Part shown: positions 59,649 to 64,000 of the stretch, one piece after another
How positions within the stretch are numbered: position 1 is the stretch's first letter
Layout of the letters: every line of letters begins with the position of its first letter
Origin: Azolla caroliniana
Taxonomy: Eukaryota > Plantae > Polypodiophyta
Length of the DNA: 64,000 nucleotides
Assembly: GCA_043228905.1 (NCBI GenBank)
Contig: JBHGNT010000013.1
Coordinates: forward strand, 5,022,001 to 5,086,000
Reading direction: 5' to 3'
Translations under genes and position numbers: made by a program
Notes under the pieces: model-generated
The model's database searches: none
What the model saw: only the letters and a program-made list of their open reading frames with translations
What the model was told of the DNA's origin: nothing

Positions 59649-62217
59649 GGGAGCGCCACTTCGGATTGAGCGGAGGATTCGGGGCACAATGGCCCGAAAC
59701 ATCAAGCGGGGAGGAGACAAGCGGTGGTGTCGGGACCTTACCCACACCGGTTCTAGAGACTCCGGCGGCTGGCCCGAGAGCCGGTGTGAGATCTAGAGTG
59801 ACGGACGGTGGTGGCGGCAAGGCGGGCAACCAAGACGACGACAAGGAGAATGAGGAAGAGGAGGCAAGCGTAATCGAGTCTTGTGTAATCGGGGACGAGG
59901 TAGCCACGGACAGCGAAGTCCGGACGGAGGTGGCTACGGACATGACGAGCGGCGGTGCCGGGACCTTACCCACACCGGTTCTAGACACTCCGACAGCCAG
60001 CTAAAGAGCCAGTGTGAGACCTAGAGTGACGGACGGTGGCGGCGGCAAGGCAGGTGACCAAAACGAGAACAAGGAAGATTGTAGAGAACGGAGCAGAGAT
60101 CCCTCGACACCAGGGCCAGAGACTTTGGCGGTTGCATACCAACCTAAGACCGGAGAGATGGGCGGTGGTCGTGAGGATGCGAGGCCCGGAGCGGGCACGT
60201 GTGGAAGGACCGAAAGGGAGGCCGGGAGCGGCAAAGAGGAGAGAGTCGGGAACCAACCCAACCGGAAGACGAACTGGTCGGTAATCCGACACGACCGGAG
60301 GACAACGCGGAAGAAGATTGGAGCGGGGGCTGGTCAACCGGGCTCGAACCAAAGAAGAGCCGGCAAGGCCGGGATTGTTCAGTCGAACCCGTACCAGCCG
60401 GTTACAATCATGGAAGAGAGCCGACTGAACCGGAACCTGATCGTCTGAGACCGATCCGAGCAAGGGCTATGCCGGCATGATTGGAGGTCGAGGTACATGA
60501 GCCATGACATGCAGTGGGAGCCGGTAAGCGCGAGAAGGAGGCCAAGCGAGCGCAATGACTATGGGTTGATGGAAGACCGGAAACAAGAGGAACCCTCCAC
60601 GCCTATTCTAGAGACTTCGGCGGTTGTGGATCTACGTAAGACCGGAGAGACGGCGCGTGGTGGCAAGGAGTCGGAGGCTGGAGCGGACGAGGTTACCGAA
60701 ACGGGTATCCGGTGCGGAAAGACGGACGAATGGGGCCAAGAGGGCCAAACAGAGCTGGAAAGGACTACGACAACGAAAGAAGAAGAGGCCGACACCGAGG
60801 TTGGGACTATGACGAGTGAAGGGCGTGAAATGAAGCATTCACTACGGCCGACGAAGGGTCAAGAAACAAGCATGGACCCGGAAGAGCGGCAACGAGTGAC
60901 CAGTGGTAGCGGTTCGGTCAAGCCTTTAAAAGGCAAACATGGGACGGAAGGCAGAGCAGTGAGTTGCCGAGATTGGCGGATGAACGGAGAGAGCGGAGGA
61001 TGGTGCGCGGAGATCAAAGGGCTATGCACTAGGAAGAGAAAACACGGCGTCCCGGAGGACATGCGAGGCCAAGTGGGCCAAGAGGACACAAGTCGGGATG
61101 AAGCGGTAACGAGGGCCATGAAGGACCCTGACGCAAAGGTCGGGATGACGGTATGCTCTATCGCGCGAGAGCACGACGAGCAAGGGAGAAACAGGGAGCG
61201 CGTAATGGGGTCACCTAAGGACTGAAGAACAAGTGCGTATTCGGAGGACGACATCCATGCACGGGAATAGCCTACGGAAGGCAAGCATGGAACGGAGGGA
61301 GACGGCACGCTGAGGTGCTTGGGACAAGGAGACGTGAGGGACACACGTGACACGTGAGGCACGGAATCCAGCGTACAACTAGAGTGATCGGGGGCCTAAT
61401 CGGAGGGCATACACGATGGACAAAGGAGGAGCAACCGGATCGGCAACGGTGTTCGGGAGGAACGATCGAGGAAGAAGGTGTGAACGTCGGATATGGCGGA
61501 TCGGATGGAGCCAATGGATTGGGGTCAGTAGGAGTCGGCAAGGCAGTCGGGTGTCGGGACGGCGGAGAACCCGATTAATCACCATCACCAAAATCTCATA
61601 CCTTTCCTTTCATGACACATACCGGTGAATGTGCGGTTTGGTGGGGGTGGATGTCGTGAAGATTTTCGGCTTTGGTGTGAAACTGGGATAGAATGGGCAA
61701 GTTGGCAATGTGCAACATGTGCACATGTATAGTAGTAAAATGGTGTATAGAATAAGGGGGAGAATTTATCCCACATTGTAACGTCCCTCCCTCCTTGGGC
61801 AATAAAAGAAAGGGAGGGGTATCTTGTGAAGGGTTGCCTATTTTGAGTGAGAGACGTATACCACTTAGGTCAAGGGTTTCTATTTCAGTTTTAGGGTTTT
61901 GTCTAGGGTTTTACCGTTCTTCTTCTTCTTCATACCATTTCGGGTTTAGGGTTTCTTCTTCATCATTTTCTTTACTTTACTTAACCGATTAGGGTTCCAT
62001 ATAGTGTTTTCGTTTGGCCTATGCGGCCATGGTTGTAAAGCGTTTGGTGTTTCTTAATATAACTCGTTTGTGTATCTTGCCTCCATCCATCCTATGTTTA
62101 TGTCCTATTCTTTCTCCTCTCCTCTCGAGCTAAGCTTCCATTTCCCCTCTACTCCCTACTCCAAGACCCCCGCGGTCCCGCCTAAGATCTTACATGTATT
62201 CGTGGAATACTGCGACA
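59649..62217 (+). mobile_element. Second, diverged and 5'-truncated copy of the pol-less LTR family; 3' LTR 61652-62217
   Basis: Collinear with about 4330-7616; same PPT region and LTR ends TGTCGTG...GCGACA. Confidence 0.9.
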
Positions 62218-62219
62218 GC

Positions 62220-64000
62220 GCGCCGATTTGGACAACATTTAGATCCGGCAAGGACAGACGGGGAAGCCGACAAAGCTCGCACTGCATGGAAGCACCGGAA
62301 ATGGATCAGGCCCATCCTTTGTCATGAAACACAAGGCTAACTCGATGAAGACAAACACCTCGAAACGGAACGAGGTATGGTACGTTGATTCTAGAGCGTC
62401 AAAGCATATGACAAGCCACACGGAGTGGATTTCTTATTTAGAAAAATGGAACAACCTAGGGTGGTCCAAACCGGAGACGACACCCCACATACCATCGAGC
62501 AAATCGGTGAGGTTCCCCTCAACCATGTTGGCAAGAAGGGAAAGTTTATGAACGTCCAATACGTCCCGACAATCACAAAGAATCTTGTTTCAGTCTCACA
62601 GATTGTCGACCAAGGGATGCAGGTCCCATTCACACATCTCAGTTGCTTCATCGAAGAAGAGGGCAAATTAATCGCGCAAGGGCGCCGAGATGGGAGGATG
62701 TTCATCCTCGACACCAACGACGCCGGCACCGCTCTGTTCACAAATGGACAGAAGGTCGAATTGGATATCGACCTTTGGCACAAGCGGATCGGCCACATCA
62801 ATTATCAGAGGCTTCAAGTCCTGCAATCAAAATAGGTTGTTTTTTTTTTGCAGAAATTCAATGGCAAGAAGGCCGAAATTTGTGAAGCCTGCTAGCTCGA
62901 GAAGCAACACTGGCTTCCGTTCCCCACCGAAAGAAACCGGCGCCGTAACAAGCTCGATCTAATACATTCAGATGTATGGGGATCAGCACAGAACGTTAGT
63001 CTTGGCGGGAGCCAATATTTCATCTCCTTCATCAACGACTACAGCCGGCACACATGGATCTACCTAATCGAAAGGAAAGGCAAAGTTTTTGACTATTTCC
63101 AGAACCTACAAACTCTTGTGGAACGGGAAACAAAGAGGAAGATCAAGTGCCTGCGGTTGGATGGCGGAAAATAATATTTTTCCGGCCAATTCAATAGTTA
63201 TCTACATCAGAAAGGAATTTGGAGGGAATTCAACTACCGATACACACAAGAACAAAACGGTTGGCCGAAACGAAGAACCGGTCAATTGTGGAGGCGGCAT
63301 GGGCAATGCTGGAAGAGAAGACCATGCCCAAGTTCTACTAGGCGGATGCAGTTCGGACGACCGTCTACCTCCAAAACCATATCGGGGATAAGGTGTCAGC
63401 ACATGAGTTGTATTTTGGGCGGAAGCCGAATTTAAGGCACCTTAAGATATTCGAAAGCTGGATGCAAAGTTGGAGAAGTGCATCCTTGTCGGCCACTCAC
63501 ATGAGCAAAGGGTTATAAGTGCTATAACCCCCGAACTAAAGAAGTTCGAGTGAGCTGACATGTCAAATTTGATGAGTAGGCATCATGGTACTCTCTATCT
63601 GCTCCGATGTCCGACTCCGACCCAATTCCGGAGAATGAGGCCAATGAGCCTGAATTGATCCAGGCAAACGATGAAGAAGGATTCAATACTCTAGATGAGA
63701 TTCTGATCTCATTTCGGCTGAGCGGGCCGAATAAAACGTTGAGTCAGAAGGACTAGCAAGATGATGAGTTGGCGAGCAACGAAGATTCGGTTGTGCTCTC
63801 CCCACGTAAGGGACCGAGGAGACGGTTTCCCATGCAAAGAAAAGGGGAAGAAAAGATGTTGGAATATGACACCGGTAGAGACGAGTCGGATCAGAGCAAA
63901 TCCGACTCTAGACCTTCGAAGACAAATTCTGATTCGGCCAAGAGGGCCTTGAAATCAGCTAATGAGAAGTTGCGCCGATCTACCCAACAGAAAAACCCCG
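62220..64000 (+). mobile_element. Degenerate copia pol (protease, GAG-pre-integrase, integrase)
   Basis: WYVDSRASKHMT, LWHKRIGH, IHSDVWG, CLRLDGG and KGYKCYNP motifs with many stops. Confidence 0.88.

Overview
This is plant nuclear DNA. A Tcn1-like self-priming chromovirus suggests a non-seed plant such as a fern or lycophyte (inference). The window is mostly nested retrotransposons around one clear host gene, an intronless L-type lectin receptor kinase (18094-20175, minus). Well-supported elements: (1) an intact young Ty3/gypsy chromovirus (33357-40384; 474-bp LTRs, GACCC TSD, one 1467-aa ORF) inserted in a decayed Tnt1-like copia, plus a decayed second copy (44238-49616); (2) a Tcn1/Tf1-like chromovirus (54224-59648) with a visible self-priming site and a -1 frameshift cassette; (3) a pol-less LTR element (2809-7616; second copy 59649-62217) with a tRNA-Trp PBS, a 4-bp TSD, telo-box arrays in the LTR and Gag followed by a long low-complexity coding region; (4) two hAT MITEs with perfect 8-bp TSDs; (5) several LINE remnants and many copia/gypsy fragments and solo LTRs. 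Also noted: tRNA-like Pol III A/B-box cassettes inside two LTR-like elements, and a candidate 53-aa transmembrane micropeptide gene. Everything was read by eye; no database searches were run, and fragment boundaries are approximate.
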